Shown piece after piece: positions 25,817 through 35,460 of a stretch of 64,000 bases of DNA (its first letter is position 1; each line of letters begins with the position of its first letter). The DNA lies in the NCBI GenBank assembly GCA_964466035.1, contig CAYXLR010000006.1, forward strand, positions 28,918 through 92,917, read 5' to 3'. The notes under the pieces were generated by a model. It saw only the letters and a list, made by a program, of their open reading frames with translations. It was not told the DNA's origin and made no database searches. A program made the translations under genes and the position numbers. Source of the DNA: an uncultured Thermotogae bacterium. GTDB taxonomy: Bacteria; Bipolaricaulota; Bipolaricaulia; UBA7950; UBA9294.

Positions 25817-26845
25817 ATGCCCGAGCTGAGGCGAGGACCGACGAGCGGGCGATGGGTGATCGTTGCGCCCGAGCGCGCGAAGCGGCCGTCCGATTTCGAG
25901 AAGCGAGATTCAGACCCGATTGATGAAGGTCCGGAGAACTGCCCGTTCTGCGCCGGGAACGAGGCGATGACGCCCCCCGAGATCTACCGGGTTCCGGCAC
26001 CGACTGGCTGGCACGTCCGCGTGGTCCCGAACAAGTTCGCCGCCCTGGAGGAGTACGCGGAGCTGGGGCGGGAGGCGATCGAGGGGTTCTACGACCGGAT
26101 GGACGGCGTGGGCACGCATGAAGTCGTCATCGAGTCCCCCGAGCACTCCGTCGCGATCCCCGACCTTCCCGAGGAGCAAGTGAAGCGGATCGTCGACACG
26201 TACGTCGCCCGACTTCAGGCCTTGATGCGGAATCCGTGGTTCCGGTACGTCCTGTTGTTCAAGAACCACGGGAAGGAAGCGGGGGCGTCGTTGCTGCACC
26301 CCCATTCGCAGATCATCGCCACGCCGATCGTCCCCCAGGAGGTCCGCGCCTCCCTCGACATCGCGAAGGCGTATTACGAACGCAAGGAACGGTGTTTGTT
26401 CTGCGACCTCATGTTCGCGGAGATCCGCAGTGGAGATCGCGTCGTCGAGGAGAACGACGGGTACGTCGTCTGGGCCCCTTACGCCTCGCGGTTCCCGTTC
26501 GAGCTCGTGGTCTATCCGAAGGCCCATTCGCACGACTTCACCACGCTTGATGACGACCAGCGCCGCGGCCTGGCTCGGACGCTCCAGCGGACACTGAAGC
26601 GGCTGACTACCCTCCTCGGAGACGTCCCGTACAACTTCGTGCTCAAGACGACGCCGAATCCGGTCCCCCGGCCGGGCAAGCCCGGGCACTGGACGACGCT
26701 CCCGCATGATTACCACTGGCGGATCGCGATCCTGCCCCGGCTGACGCACGTCGCCGGCTTCGAGTGGGGGACAGGCTTCTACATCAATCCGATGCCGCCG
26801 GAGCAGGCCGCCGGCTACCTGCGGGACGTCCGACTCCCCGGCTAG
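25817..26845 (+). CDS. galT: GalT-family nucleotidyltransferase (galactose-1-phosphate uridylyltransferase-like)
   Basis: MPELR..RWVIVAPERAKRP, CPFC.GNE, RVVPNKF, GTHEVVIE, HPHSQ catalytic motif, AGFEWGTG. Confidence 0.88.
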   Translation: MPELRRGPTSGRWVIVAPERAKRPSDFEKRDSDPIDEGPENCPFCAGNEAMTPPEIYRVPAPTGWHVRVVPNKFAALEEYAELGREAIEGFYDRMDGVGTHEVVIESPEHSVAIPDLPEEQVKRIVDTYVARLQALMRNPWFRYVLLFKNHGKEAGASLLHPHSQIIATPIVPQEVRASLDIAKAYYERKERCLFCDLMFAEIRSGDRVVEENDGYVVWAPYASRFPFELVVYPKAHSHDFTTLDDDQRRGLARTLQRTLKRLTTLLGDVPYNFVLKTTPNPVPRPGKPGHWTTLPHDYHWRIAILPRLTHVAGFEWGTGFYINPMPPEQAAGYLRDVRLPG

Positions 26846-26906
26846 CCGGGCGCCAGAGACAGGACCGGGGCAGCCGGCCGCCGCGTCCCTCGCCGAACGG
26901 TTCCGG

Positions 26907-27932
26907 CTACTCGAACAGGTCGACCAGATAGAGGAGCCCTTCGTCGACCGGCCGGGGGTTCGCCAGCGCTTCGCCGAGCGGAACCGGCACGATCTCCGTT
27001 CCGTGGATCGCCGTCATCACGTCGAATTGACCGCCGAGCGCGAACTCGATCGACGCGGCGCCAAACCGCGTCGCGAGGATCCGGTCGAACGGCGACGGGC
27101 TCCCGCCGCGCTGCAGGTACGCCAGATCGGTGACGCGGACCGGAATCTGCATCCGCTCGGACAGTTGGTTGGCCACGTACTGCCCGACCCCGCCGAGCCG
27201 CGCGTGGCCGAACGCGTCGACCTCCGCCTCCTCGACGACCTGTCCTCCCATTCCCTCGGGCTCGGCCCCTTCCGCGACGATGACGATGGAGAACCGCTTC
27301 TTCAGATGCTCCCTCCGCTTGATCTTCCGGAAGATCGAATCGACGTTGAACTTCTGCTCCGGAATGAGGATGACGTCCGCCCCGCCGGCGACGCCTCCCA
27401 TCAGGCTCAACCATCCGGCGTCGCGGCCCATCACCTCGAGGATCAACACGCGGTGGTGGGACGCGGCCGTCGTGTGCAGCCGGTCGAGCGCGTCCGTGAT
27501 GGCGCCCAACGCCGACGAGAAGCCGAGCGTGTAGTCGGTCATCCCGATGTCGTTGTCGATCGTCTGCGGAATCCCGATCGCCTTCACGCCGTACTCGGCC
27601 AGTCGATGGGCGACGCCGAGCGTGTCGTCTCCCCCGATGGCGATCAGGAAGTCGACCGCGTTGACCGCCAGCGTCTCGACGACCCTCTCCGGGCCGCCGT
27701 CGATCCGGAACGGATTCGTCCGGGAGCTGCTCAGGATCGTCCCTCCGATGTGCAGGATGCCGGAGACGTCGACCGGCGTCAGCGGTCGGACGAGGTTCTC
27801 GACCGGCCCCTGCCATCCCTCCTCGAACCCGACGACGTCGACCCCGTGCTTGTTCCCGAAGCGGACGATCGAGCGAAGGGCGGCGTTGATCCCGGGGGAA
27901 TCCCCTCCGCCCGTCAGCACCCCGCCTCGCAT
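26907..27932 (-). CDS. pfkA: 6-phosphofructokinase (PfkA family, group III-like)
   Basis: LTGGGDSPG, GGTILSSSR, GGDDT, PQTIDND, EVMGRDAG, QRGG; start ATG 27932 overlapping the fba stop. Confidence 0.93.
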   Translation of the reverse strand: MRGGVLTGGGDSPGINAALRSIVRFGNKHGVDVVGFEEGWQGPVENLVRPLTPVDVSGILHIGGTILSSSRTNPFRIDGGPERVVETLAVNAVDFLIAIGGDDTLGVAHRLAEYGVKAIGIPQTIDNDIGMTDYTLGFSSALGAITDALDRLHTTAASHHRVLILEVMGRDAGWLSLMGGVAGGADVILIPEQKFNVDSIFRKIKRREHLKKRFSIVIVAEGAEPEGMGGQVVEEAEVDAFGHARLGGVGQYVANQLSERMQIPVRVTDLAYLQRGGSPSPFDRILATRFGAASIEFALGGQFDVMTAIHGTEIVPVPLGEALANPRPVDEGLLYLVDLFE

Positions 27933-28939
27933 CACTCGCCCTCCTCCCCTGCCTTCAGCGTCCTCCCCCCGCTTCCGGCCTGCTCGATCAGCACGAGCGC
28001 GATCTCGCGCACCTTCGCCTGGATCTCCCTCCCGACCGCGCGCGGATCGAACACCTTCTTGTCCGGGCTCCAATCGCCCTTCGCGAACAGGTTGACGACG
28101 TCGTCCTCCACGCCGTCGGGCGGGACGATCCCTTCGGCGTGCGCGGCGTAGAACTCGGCCGCCGTCCGCCCGTAGACGTACTGGTAGTGCGTGTCCTTGT
28201 TGAGCTTGCAGACGCCGTAGCCGATCATCTCCCGCACCTGCTCCGGGAGGAGGCCCGACGTCCCGTGCAGCACGAGCGGCGCGTCGAGTCCGTTCTCCGC
28301 GAGTCGATCGCGGATCCTCGCCGCGAGGTCGACCCGCAGCTCGAGATCCCTTCCCTTGGAGACGCCGTGTTGGGTCCCGACGGAGATTGCCAGCAGATCC
28401 GTCCCGGTCCGTTTCACGAACTCGACCGCCTCGTCCGGATCGGTGTACAGCCCCTCGTCGGACGAGACCTCGTCCTCGACGCCCTTGATCTTCCCGAGCT
28501 CCGCCTCGATGAGGATTCCGGTCCCCTCGGCCTTCTCCGTGACGGCCCGGCTGATCCGGACGTTCTCCTCGAACACCTCCAGCGAGGCGTCGATCATGAT
28601 CGACGAAACGAGGCGATCGTCGATCGCCTCCTCGATCAAGTCCATTTCGCCGGACGTGAAGTGATCGAGGTTGATGAAGACGCAGATCGGGTACGGATCG
28701 GCGAGCTCGCGGATCAGCGCCGACAGCCCCCTCAGGCCGGCCCGCTTGTCGCCGCCCCCGGCGAACTTCGCCGCGCCGGGACTGATCTGAACCAGCAGGT
28801 CCGAGCGCGCTTCGGCGTACGCTTCGAGCAGGCCGATCAGCACGTTCGGCTCGGCGACGTTGTTCGCCATGAACGCGAAGCGCTCGGCCTGCGCCCTCCG
28901 ATACGCTTCTTGCAGTCTCACCCCGTCACAGAATGGCAT
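27932..28939 (-). CDS. fba: Class II fructose-bisphosphate aldolase family protein
   Basis: LDH, SIMIDAS, EAELG, GTQHG, VLHGTSG, KLNKDT; ATG 28939 after AAGGAGGAG. Confidence 0.88.
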   Translation of the reverse strand: MPFCDGVRLQEAYRRAQAERFAFMANNVAEPNVLIGLLEAYAEARSDLLVQISPGAAKFAGGGDKRAGLRGLSALIRELADPYPICVFINLDHFTSGEMDLIEEAIDDRLVSSIMIDASLEVFEENVRISRAVTEKAEGTGILIEAELGKIKGVEDEVSSDEGLYTDPDEAVEFVKRTGTDLLAISVGTQHGVSKGRDLELRVDLAARIRDRLAENGLDAPLVLHGTSGLLPEQVREMIGYGVCKLNKDTHYQYVYGRTAAEFYAAHAEGIVPPDGVEDDVVNLFAKGDWSPDKKVFDPRAVGREIQAKVREIALVLIEQAGSGGRTLKAGEEGE

Positions 28940-29058
28940 GGTCGTCTCCTCCTTCGACCGGGACGCCGATCCGCTCGCAGTCCCGGCGGTTCCCCGATGC
29001 GTGATTTCGCGGTCCACGGAGGCCGGACCGACGCCCCGCGACCGGATTCGGCCGCGCC

Positions 29059-29087
29059 ATTGTCGCGGCTTCCCGAGGCCGGCTCAA
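29059..29087 (-). promoter_or_regulatory. Candidate promoter for fba-pfkA
   Basis: Minus strand TTGAGC-17 nt-GACAAT about 110 nt upstream of fba. Confidence 0.4.
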
Positions 29088-29572
29088 GGGGCCGTTCCCG
29101 TGCGCTCGGCGGCCGCGCCGGCCTCGAGGAACCGGACCGACGCGATGCCTCTTCGGCCGCCGGCCGCGAGCGCCTCGGCCAATCGGTCCACCGCGCGTCC
29201 CACTTCGGTCGACAGCCCCTCGCCGAGCGACAGGTCGGCCGGCTCGATCCCGAGAAGCACGACCTCGTTCGCGACCGACGCCAGTCGATCGAGAAAGAAC
29301 TTGAGCGGAAGGCCGTGCGTCGTGGCGAGCATCCGGTCGACCGAGGGACGCGGAAGACGCCGGACCGCGCCCGGCCTCAGCCCCATCCGGGCCGCGTCCG
29401 CGATCACGAGCAGACCGGGTCGCTCGCGAGCGACGACGCCCCCGACGTTCTCCAGCGACGTCCCGCAGTCGATCGCCGTCCAATCGGACCCCGCGAGCCG
29501 TTCGGCGAGGACCGGCCCGGCGCCGTCGTCGCGCGACAGGCGGTTCCCGACGCCGAGGAGCATCCGCTTCAT
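29084..29572 (-). CDS. Hydrogenase maturation protease (HycI-like)
   Basis: LLGVGNRLSRDDGAG, IADAARMGLRPG, TTHGLPL, LGIEP..GEGLS. Confidence 0.85.
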   Translation of the reverse strand: MKRMLLGVGNRLSRDDGAGPVLAERLAGSDWTAIDCGTSLENVGGVVARERPGLLVIADAARMGLRPGAVRRLPRPSVDRMLATTHGLPLKFFLDRLASVANEVVLLGIEPADLSLGEGLSTEVGRAVDRLAEALAAGGRRGIASVRFLEAGAAAERTGTAP

Positions 29573-30528
29573 TCGCCTTCGGAGGACGCGTCGCGGTACC
29601 GTCCGACCTCCCGGTAGCGCCGGTACCGCGCCTCGACCAGCTTCTCCGGCTCCAGCTTCGTCAACCCGCCGATCTGCCGGACGAGCTCCGCTTTCAGGGC
29701 CGCCGCGGTCCGATCGAAGTCCTTGTGCGCGCCGCCGAGCGGCTCGGGGATCACGCCGTCGATCAGCCCCAGGTCGTGTAGCTGCTCCGCGGTCAGACGG
29801 AGCGCCTCGGCCGCCTCCTTCATCCGCTCCTTCTCCTTCCAGAGGATCACGGCGGCGCTCTCCGGACTGATCACCGTGTAGATCGCGTTCTCGAGCATCA
29901 GGACGCGATCGGCGAGCCCGATCGCCAGCGCCCCACCCGAGCCGCCCTCCCCGATGACGACCGCGACGATCGGGACGCGAAGCCCGGTCATCGCGAGGAG
30001 GTTCTCGGCGATCGCGCCGCCGATGTTCGCCTCCTCCGACTCGAGCCCCGGATACGCCCCCGGCGTGTCGATCAGCGCGATCACCGGGAATCCGAATCGC
30101 TCGGCCAGCTGCATCGCCCGGCGCGCCTTCCGGTACCCCTGCGGACGCGTCATCCCGAAGAACCGCTCCTTGTTCTCCTCGGTCGAGCGCCCCTTCTGCT
30201 GTCCGAGGACGACGACCGACCTTCCTTCGAGCCGGGCGAGCCCGGCCACCAGGGCCCTGTCGTCGCTGTCGATCCGATCGCCGTGGAGCTCGTAGAAGTC
30301 GGCGAAGACCGCGCCGATGTAATCGAGGGCGTACGGTCGCTTCGGATGCCGGGCGAGCCGCACCCGCTCCCAATCGCTCAGGTTCGCGTACCGCTCCTCC
30401 CGGAGCTCCTCGAGCTTCGCCTCGAGCCGCTCGATCTCCTTCGACAGGTCGATCCCGTCGGCGGCGTCCAGGTGCCTCAGCTCCTCGATCTTCGCCTCGA
30501 GGAGGTCGAGCGTTCGCTCGTCGCTCAC
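29569..30528 (-). CDS. accA: Acetyl-CoA carboxylase carboxyltransferase alpha subunit
   Basis: ARHPKRPYALDYI, LHGDR, GQQKGRST, DTPGAYPG, GEGGSGGALA, YTVISPE; GTG 30528. Confidence 0.95.
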   Translation of the reverse strand: MSDERTLDLLEAKIEELRHLDAADGIDLSKEIERLEAKLEELREERYANLSDWERVRLARHPKRPYALDYIGAVFADFYELHGDRIDSDDRALVAGLARLEGRSVVVLGQQKGRSTEENKERFFGMTRPQGYRKARRAMQLAERFGFPVIALIDTPGAYPGLESEEANIGGAIAENLLAMTGLRVPIVAVVIGEGGSGGALAIGLADRVLMLENAIYTVISPESAAVILWKEKERMKEAAEALRLTAEQLHDLGLIDGVIPEPLGGAHKDFDRTAAALKAELVRQIGGLTKLEPEKLVEARYRRYREVGRYRDASSEGE

Positions 30529-31367
30529 GGCGCCTCCACGAAGAACCCGAGAAGCGAGGAGAGCTCGTCCCGCATCCCCTCGCGGGCGACGACGCGGTCG
30601 ATCGCGCCGTGCTCGAACGCGAACGCGTCCGACTGGAAGTCCGACGGGAGCTCCTGCGCTATCGCGTTCTGGATCACCCGGCGTCCCGCGAATCCGATCA
30701 ACGTGCCGCGCTCGGCGACGATGACGTCCCCGAGGCTCGCGATCGACGCCTGCACGCCGCCCGACGTCGGGTAAGTCATCACCGAGACGAACGGGAGCCC
30801 CGCCTCGGCCAGCTTGGCCCGGACGGCGACCGTTTTCGCCATCTGCAAGAGGGAGAAGAGCCCCTCTTGCAGCCGCGCCCCCCCGGACGACGACACGAGC
30901 ACGAACGGGCGCCGCTCCTCGATCGCCGTCTCGATCCCGTGACAGATCTGCTCGCCGACGACCGACCCCATGCTCCCGCCGACGAACCGGAAGTCCATCA
31001 CGCCGATCACGACCGGGAATCCGGTGATCGTCGCCCGCCCGATCACGATCGCGTCGCGCAGGCCCGTCACCGCCTGCGCCTCCTGGATCCGCTCCGGATA
31101 CGGCTTCCGGTCGGCGAACTCGAGCGGGTCGGCGGCGACGATCGGCAGGGTCGCGTCCTCGAAGCTCCCCTCGTCGACCAGGAGCCCGATCCGCTCGACC
31201 GCGGTGAGGAAGAAGTACTCCCCGCAGCTCGGACAGATGTTGTTGTTCTCGCGAACGCGCCGCTTGAAGACGAGCTCGCCGCAGGACTTGCACTTCATCC
31301 AAAGGCTCTCGTCCGGCTCCCGGTCGAGGTCGACGCGTAGATAGTCCTTCTCCTTGAAAATGGGCAT
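30525..31367 (-). CDS. accD: Acetyl-CoA carboxylase carboxyltransferase beta subunit
   Basis: Zn finger LWMKCKSC..CPSC, FVGGSMGSVVGE, SGGARLQEG, PTSGGVQAS, GFAGRRVI. Confidence 0.95.
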   Translation of the reverse strand: MPIFKEKDYLRVDLDREPDESLWMKCKSCGELVFKRRVRENNNICPSCGEYFFLTAVERIGLLVDEGSFEDATLPIVAADPLEFADRKPYPERIQEAQAVTGLRDAIVIGRATITGFPVVIGVMDFRFVGGSMGSVVGEQICHGIETAIEERRPFVLVSSSGGARLQEGLFSLLQMAKTVAVRAKLAEAGLPFVSVMTYPTSGGVQASIASLGDVIVAERGTLIGFAGRRVIQNAIAQELPSDFQSDAFAFEHGAIDRVVAREGMRDELSSLLGFFVEAP

Positions 31368-31371
31368 CCGA

Positions 31372-32067
31372 TCACTTCTCCGTGCGCTTGCGGAACGGGG
31401 AGAACCTGGGCCGTTTCGCCGCTTCCCTCTCCTTCACGGCGGCCTCCTTGAGGCTGTCGGGAAGGACCGAGCCGCTCGAGACGACCATCGAAAGGGCGTC
31501 CTCGACCGGCATGTCGATGTAGGTCACGAGCCGCTCCGGGATGATCAGCATGTATCCGGACAGCGGGTTCGGCGCCGTCGGCGCGTAGACGAGGAGACAC
31601 TTCTCTCCCGTGATGTCGCGGATGATGCCCAGATCCTCGTTCGTCACCAGGCCGAGGACGTTGATCCCGTCCTTCGGGTACTCGAACATGACGACCTTCT
31701 TGAACGACGTCGTCGATTCTCGGTTGAGCAGCGCGCCGGTGAACTGCTTCAGCGTCCCGTACATCTTCCGAACGCCGGGGAACGAGAAGAAGATCCGCTC
31801 GAAGTAGTAGTGCAGCGTCCGGCCGACGAAGCTCCGGACGATGACCCCGATGACGAAGACGAGCAGAATCGTGATGATGATCCCGAGCCCGGGAATCCAC
31901 CGTCCGAGGACCCGCTCGATCACCATCCCGAACGCCGTGTTCCTTCCGACCTGGCCGTCGATCAGATTGTAGAGGGCCCAGATGATGAAAACGGTAGCGC
32001 CGACGGGGAGGATCGCGAGCAGTCCGCTGACGAACGTCGTCCGTAGCCAAACAAGGAATCTTTTCAT
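31372..32067 (-). CDS. DUF502 family membrane protein
   Basis: FVSGLLAILPVGAT, P.VRKMYGTLKQ, VMFEYPK, VYAPTAPNPLSGY. Confidence 0.85.
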   Translation of the reverse strand: MKRFLVWLRTTFVSGLLAILPVGATVFIIWALYNLIDGQVGRNTAFGMVIERVLGRWIPGLGIIITILLVFVIGVIVRSFVGRTLHYYFERIFFSFPGVRKMYGTLKQFTGALLNRESTTSFKKVVMFEYPKDGINVLGLVTNEDLGIIRDITGEKCLLVYAPTAPNPLSGYMLIIPERLVTYIDMPVEDALSMVVSSGSVLPDSLKEAAVKEREAAKRPRFSPFRKRTEK

Positions 32068-32140
32068 CGCCCCTCGTTCATTGCGTATGTGAATGGCTGC
32101 TTGACCGAATTATAGAGGATTCGGCGTATGATAGAAGATC

Positions 32141-32701
32141 ATGCGACGATTCGCACCGTGGCGCGTCCGCGCCGGTCTGGTCCTCCTCGCCCTTCTCGCC
32201 GCCTACGCCGTGCTCGTCGGCCTCCGCATCCTCTACCCGATCGATCACACCGAGCGCCTCGCCGGCTTCGCGCGCCGGAACGGGATCGACCCGGCGCTGG
32301 TCGCTTCGGTCGTCCGGTGCGAGAGTCGGTTCGAGGCGACGGTCGTTTCCTCGCGCGGCGCGATCGGGCTGATGCAGATCGCGCCCGAAACGGGCGGGTG
32401 GATCGCGGAACAGCTCGGCGTTCCCGACTTCACGACCGACAGCCTTTACGATCCCGACTTCAACCTCCGCTTCGGCTCGTGGTACTTGCGCTACCTCCTC
32501 GACCGATTCGGAGACCGGGACGAGGCGCTGATGGCCTACAACGCCGGCCCGAGTCGCGTCGATGGGTGGCTCGCGGGTGTCGGAGACGTCTTCCCGGAGA
32601 CCCGCGCGTACGTCGAGCGCGTCGTGCGGGGTCTCCCGGTCTATCGGCTCTACTTCGCGTTCCCCTGGCTCCTTCGCATCACCCCATCCCTCCTGATTTA
32701 G
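32141..32701 (+). CDS. Lytic transglycosylase (SLT domain)
   Basis: VVRCESRF, GAIGLMQI, NLRFGSWYL, AYNAGP, ETRAYVERV; N-terminal TM anchor. Confidence 0.9.
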   Translation: MRRFAPWRVRAGLVLLALLAAYAVLVGLRILYPIDHTERLAGFARRNGIDPALVASVVRCESRFEATVVSSRGAIGLMQIAPETGGWIAEQLGVPDFTTDSLYDPDFNLRFGSWYLRYLLDRFGDRDEALMAYNAGPSRVDGWLAGVGDVFPETRAYVERVVRGLPVYRLYFAFPWLLRITPSLLI

Positions 32702-32703
32702 CG

Positions 32704-32732
32704 TTGCACCGAGACGTGCCATGGGCTAGACT
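32704..32732 (+). promoter_or_regulatory. Candidate promoter for acs-satP
   Basis: TTGCAC-17 nt-TAGACT, with SD AGGAGG before GTG 32778. Confidence 0.5.
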
Positions 32733-32777
32733 TCGGCGCATTTTCTGACGCTACTGAACTGACATAGGAGGTTTCAC

Positions 32778-34727
32778 GTGTCTGACGGGATTCGGTGGGT
32801 AGAGAAGGATCCGACCGAGGAGAACGTCTACTGGCCGACGCGGGCGCTGAAGGAACGCGCGTGGGTCGCCGACGAGTCGATCTACGAGGAGGCGAAGGCC
32901 GATCCGGTCGCGTTCTGGGCCGCACAGGCCGAGGAGCTCCACTGGTTCAAGCGGTGGGAGACGCCGTACGAATACGCACCCCACAACTTCAAGTGGTTCG
33001 TGGGCGGGAAGCTCAACCTCTCGTACAACTCGCTCGATCGCCACATCGAGGCGGGACATGGAGACCGCATCGCGCTGATCTGGGAGCCGGAACCGATCGA
33101 AGAGGACGCCGTTCGGCTCACCTACAAGCAGCTCCACGAGCTGGTGTCGAAGTTCGCCAACGTCCTGAAGGGGCTCGGTGTCGAGAAAGGGGACGCCGTG
33201 GGGATCTACCTGCCGATGATCCCCGAGGCGGTCGTCGCGATGCAGGCGTGCGCCCGCATCGGTGCGCCGCATTCGGTCGTCTTCTCGGCGTTCAGCGCGG
33301 ATTCGCTTCGCGATCGGATGGTCGACTGCGGCGCGAAGGTGGTCATCACCGCCGACGGCTACTTCCGACGCGGGAAGACGATCAACCTGAAGCGGAACGC
33401 CGACGCCGGCATCGCGAACACCGCGGTCGAGAAGCTGATCGTCGTCCGCCGAGCCGGCGACGACGTCGAGATGCAGGACGGGCGGGACCTGTGGTACCAC
33501 GAGCTCATCGCGGACGCCACCGCCGACTGCCCGGCGGAGGAGATGGATTCCGAGGATCTCGCCTTCCTCCTCTACACGTCCGGAACGACCGGCAAGCCGA
33601 AGGGGATCATGCACACGACCGGCGGATACGCCGTTCAATCCCACTGCACGGGGAAATGGAACTTCGATCTGCACGACGGCGACGTCTACTGGTGCACCGC
33701 CGACGTCGGATGGATCACCGGCCACACCTACATCAACTACAGCCCGCTGATGAACGGGGTGACCTCGCTGATGTACGAGGGATCGCCCGACACGCCGGAC
33801 AACGGACGGTTCTGGGCGATCATCGAGAAGCACAAGGTGACCCAGCTGTACACGGCGCCGACCGCCATCCGGATGTTCGTCAAATGGGGCAACGAGTGGC
33901 CGAAAAAGTACGATCTCTCTTCGCTTCGGCTGCTCGGAACGGTCGGCGAGCCGATCAACGTGGACGCGTGGCTCTGGTACCACGAGGTGATCGGCGGCGG
34001 CCGCTGCCCGATCATCGATACCTGGTGGCAGACCGAGACCGGCGCGAACATGGTCAACAACCTCCCTGGCATCGGACCGTTCATCCCCACGGTGGCCGGC
34101 CGGCCGTTCCCGGGCGTCGTCGCCGACATCCTCGATTCCGGCGGTCAGTCGGTCGCGCCGGGGGACGGAGGGTACCTCTCGATCCTCAATCCGTTCCCGC
34201 CGGCGCTCACCCGCGGGATCTACGGCGACATGGACCGATACAAGGTCCAGTACTTCGCCGAATACGGACCGGAGCGGTACTTCACCAGTGACGGCGCGCG
34301 AAAGGACGAAGGCGGCAACGTCCGGATTACCGGCCGCGTCGACGACGTCATGAACGTCGCCGGTCACCGTCTCGCCACCGCCGAGGTGGAGAGCGCCCTG
34401 GCGCAGAACGACAAGGTCAGCGAGGTCGCCGTCGTCTCCAGGCCGCACGAGATGAAGGGCGAGGTCCCCGTTGCGTTTGTCCTGTTGCGGAAAGGCATCG
34501 AGCCCTCGGACGAGATCCGCAAGGAGCTGATCGCGACCGTCAACCAGGTGATCGGGCCGACGGGGCGGCCGGACCAGATCATCTTCGCCGCGGACGTGCC
34601 CAAGACCCGCAGCGGCAAGATCATGCGCCGGGTGTTGAAGGCGCTGGTTCGTCACGAGCCCGCCGGCGACCTCACCACACTTCAGAACCCCGAAAGCGTC
34701 GATCGGCTCAAAGAGCTGGTCGGCTGA
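32778..34727 (+). CDS. acs: Acetyl-CoA synthetase (AMP-forming)
   Basis: YTSGTTGKPKG, YWCTADVGWITGH, TVGEPIN, DTWWQTETG, GRVDDVMNVAGHR, PKTRSGKIMRR. Confidence 0.96.
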   Translation: MSDGIRWVEKDPTEENVYWPTRALKERAWVADESIYEEAKADPVAFWAAQAEELHWFKRWETPYEYAPHNFKWFVGGKLNLSYNSLDRHIEAGHGDRIALIWEPEPIEEDAVRLTYKQLHELVSKFANVLKGLGVEKGDAVGIYLPMIPEAVVAMQACARIGAPHSVVFSAFSADSLRDRMVDCGAKVVITADGYFRRGKTINLKRNADAGIANTAVEKLIVVRRAGDDVEMQDGRDLWYHELIADATADCPAEEMDSEDLAFLLYTSGTTGKPKGIMHTTGGYAVQSHCTGKWNFDLHDGDVYWCTADVGWITGHTYINYSPLMNGVTSLMYEGSPDTPDNGRFWAIIEKHKVTQLYTAPTAIRMFVKWGNEWPKKYDLSSLRLLGTVGEPINVDAWLWYHEVIGGGRCPIIDTWWQTETGANMVNNLPGIGPFIPTVAGRPFPGVVADILDSGGQSVAPGDGGYLSILNPFPPALTRGIYGDMDRYKVQYFAEYGPERYFTSDGARKDEGGNVRITGRVDDVMNVAGHRLATAEVESALAQNDKVSEVAVVSRPHEMKGEVPVAFVLLRKGIEPSDEIRKELIATVNQVIGPTGRPDQIIFAADVPKTRSGKIMRRVLKALVRHEPAGDLTTLQNPESVDRLKELVG

Positions 34728-34742
34728 CGCGGAAAGGCACGA

Positions 34743-35321
34743 ATGAGCGCACAGAACAACACGCTGGCGAACGTTGGAGCTTTGGGTTTGGGCGGCTTCG
34801 CTCTCTCGACGTTCGTCTTGAACATCGTGAACGCGGGTCTGGTCGATTCGGCGACCCTCGGAATCGTCATGCCGGTCGCGATGTTCTACGGCGGCCTGGC
34901 CCAGTTCGCGGCCGGAATGTGGGACGTCCGGCGGGGCGACACGTTCGGAGCGACCTGTTTCTCGTCGTTCGGCGCGTTCTGGATGGGGCTCGCCGCTTTC
35001 TTCTTCCTGCGACTGGCCGGGGTCCAGGGGTTCGCCGACGTCACGCCCGCCGGCATCGCGGTCGTCCTGGTCGCGTGGGGGCTGTTCACCGGCTACGCGA
35101 CGGTCGCGTCGCTGAGGAAGCCCCGCGCGATCACGTGGATCTTCATCACCCTGACGATCCTCTTCTTCCTCCTCGCGATCGGCGAGTTCGTCCCGATCGT
35201 CCACACGATCGCCGGCTACGAGGGGATCGTCTGCTCCCTGATCGCCTGGTACTGCTCCGCGGCGATCCTGATCAACGAAACGCACGGCCGAACGATCCTT
35301 CCCCTCGGCGAGCGCACCTAG
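34743..35321 (+). CDS. satP: Acetate uptake transporter (SatP/YaaH/GPR1-FUN34 family)
   Basis: LANVGALGLGGFA, FYGGLAQF.AG, FGATCFSSFGAFW; cotranscribed with acs. Confidence 0.9.
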   Translation: MSAQNNTLANVGALGLGGFALSTFVLNIVNAGLVDSATLGIVMPVAMFYGGLAQFAAGMWDVRRGDTFGATCFSSFGAFWMGLAAFFFLRLAGVQGFADVTPAGIAVVLVAWGLFTGYATVASLRKPRAITWIFITLTILFFLLAIGEFVPIVHTIAGYEGIVCSLIAWYCSAAILINETHGRTILPLGERT

Positions 35322-35460
35322 TCAAACCGACCCTCGCGGAGCCGGCTCCATCGGCCGGCTCCGCCGTTCCCCTTCCACGGGTCCGGCGCTTTCTCGTTCC
35401 GCTTCCTGGCCTTCGTCGCGAAAGCGCGGTATCCTCGATCTCATCAGGGAAAGGAGTGCC

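Noticed and set aside
28940-29058. Structured fba leader with GCCGAATCC and CGGGGAACC fragments resembling a c-di-AMP riboswitch
   Set aside because: The 3' half of the consensus is missing, and the hairpins are within expectation for GC-rich DNA
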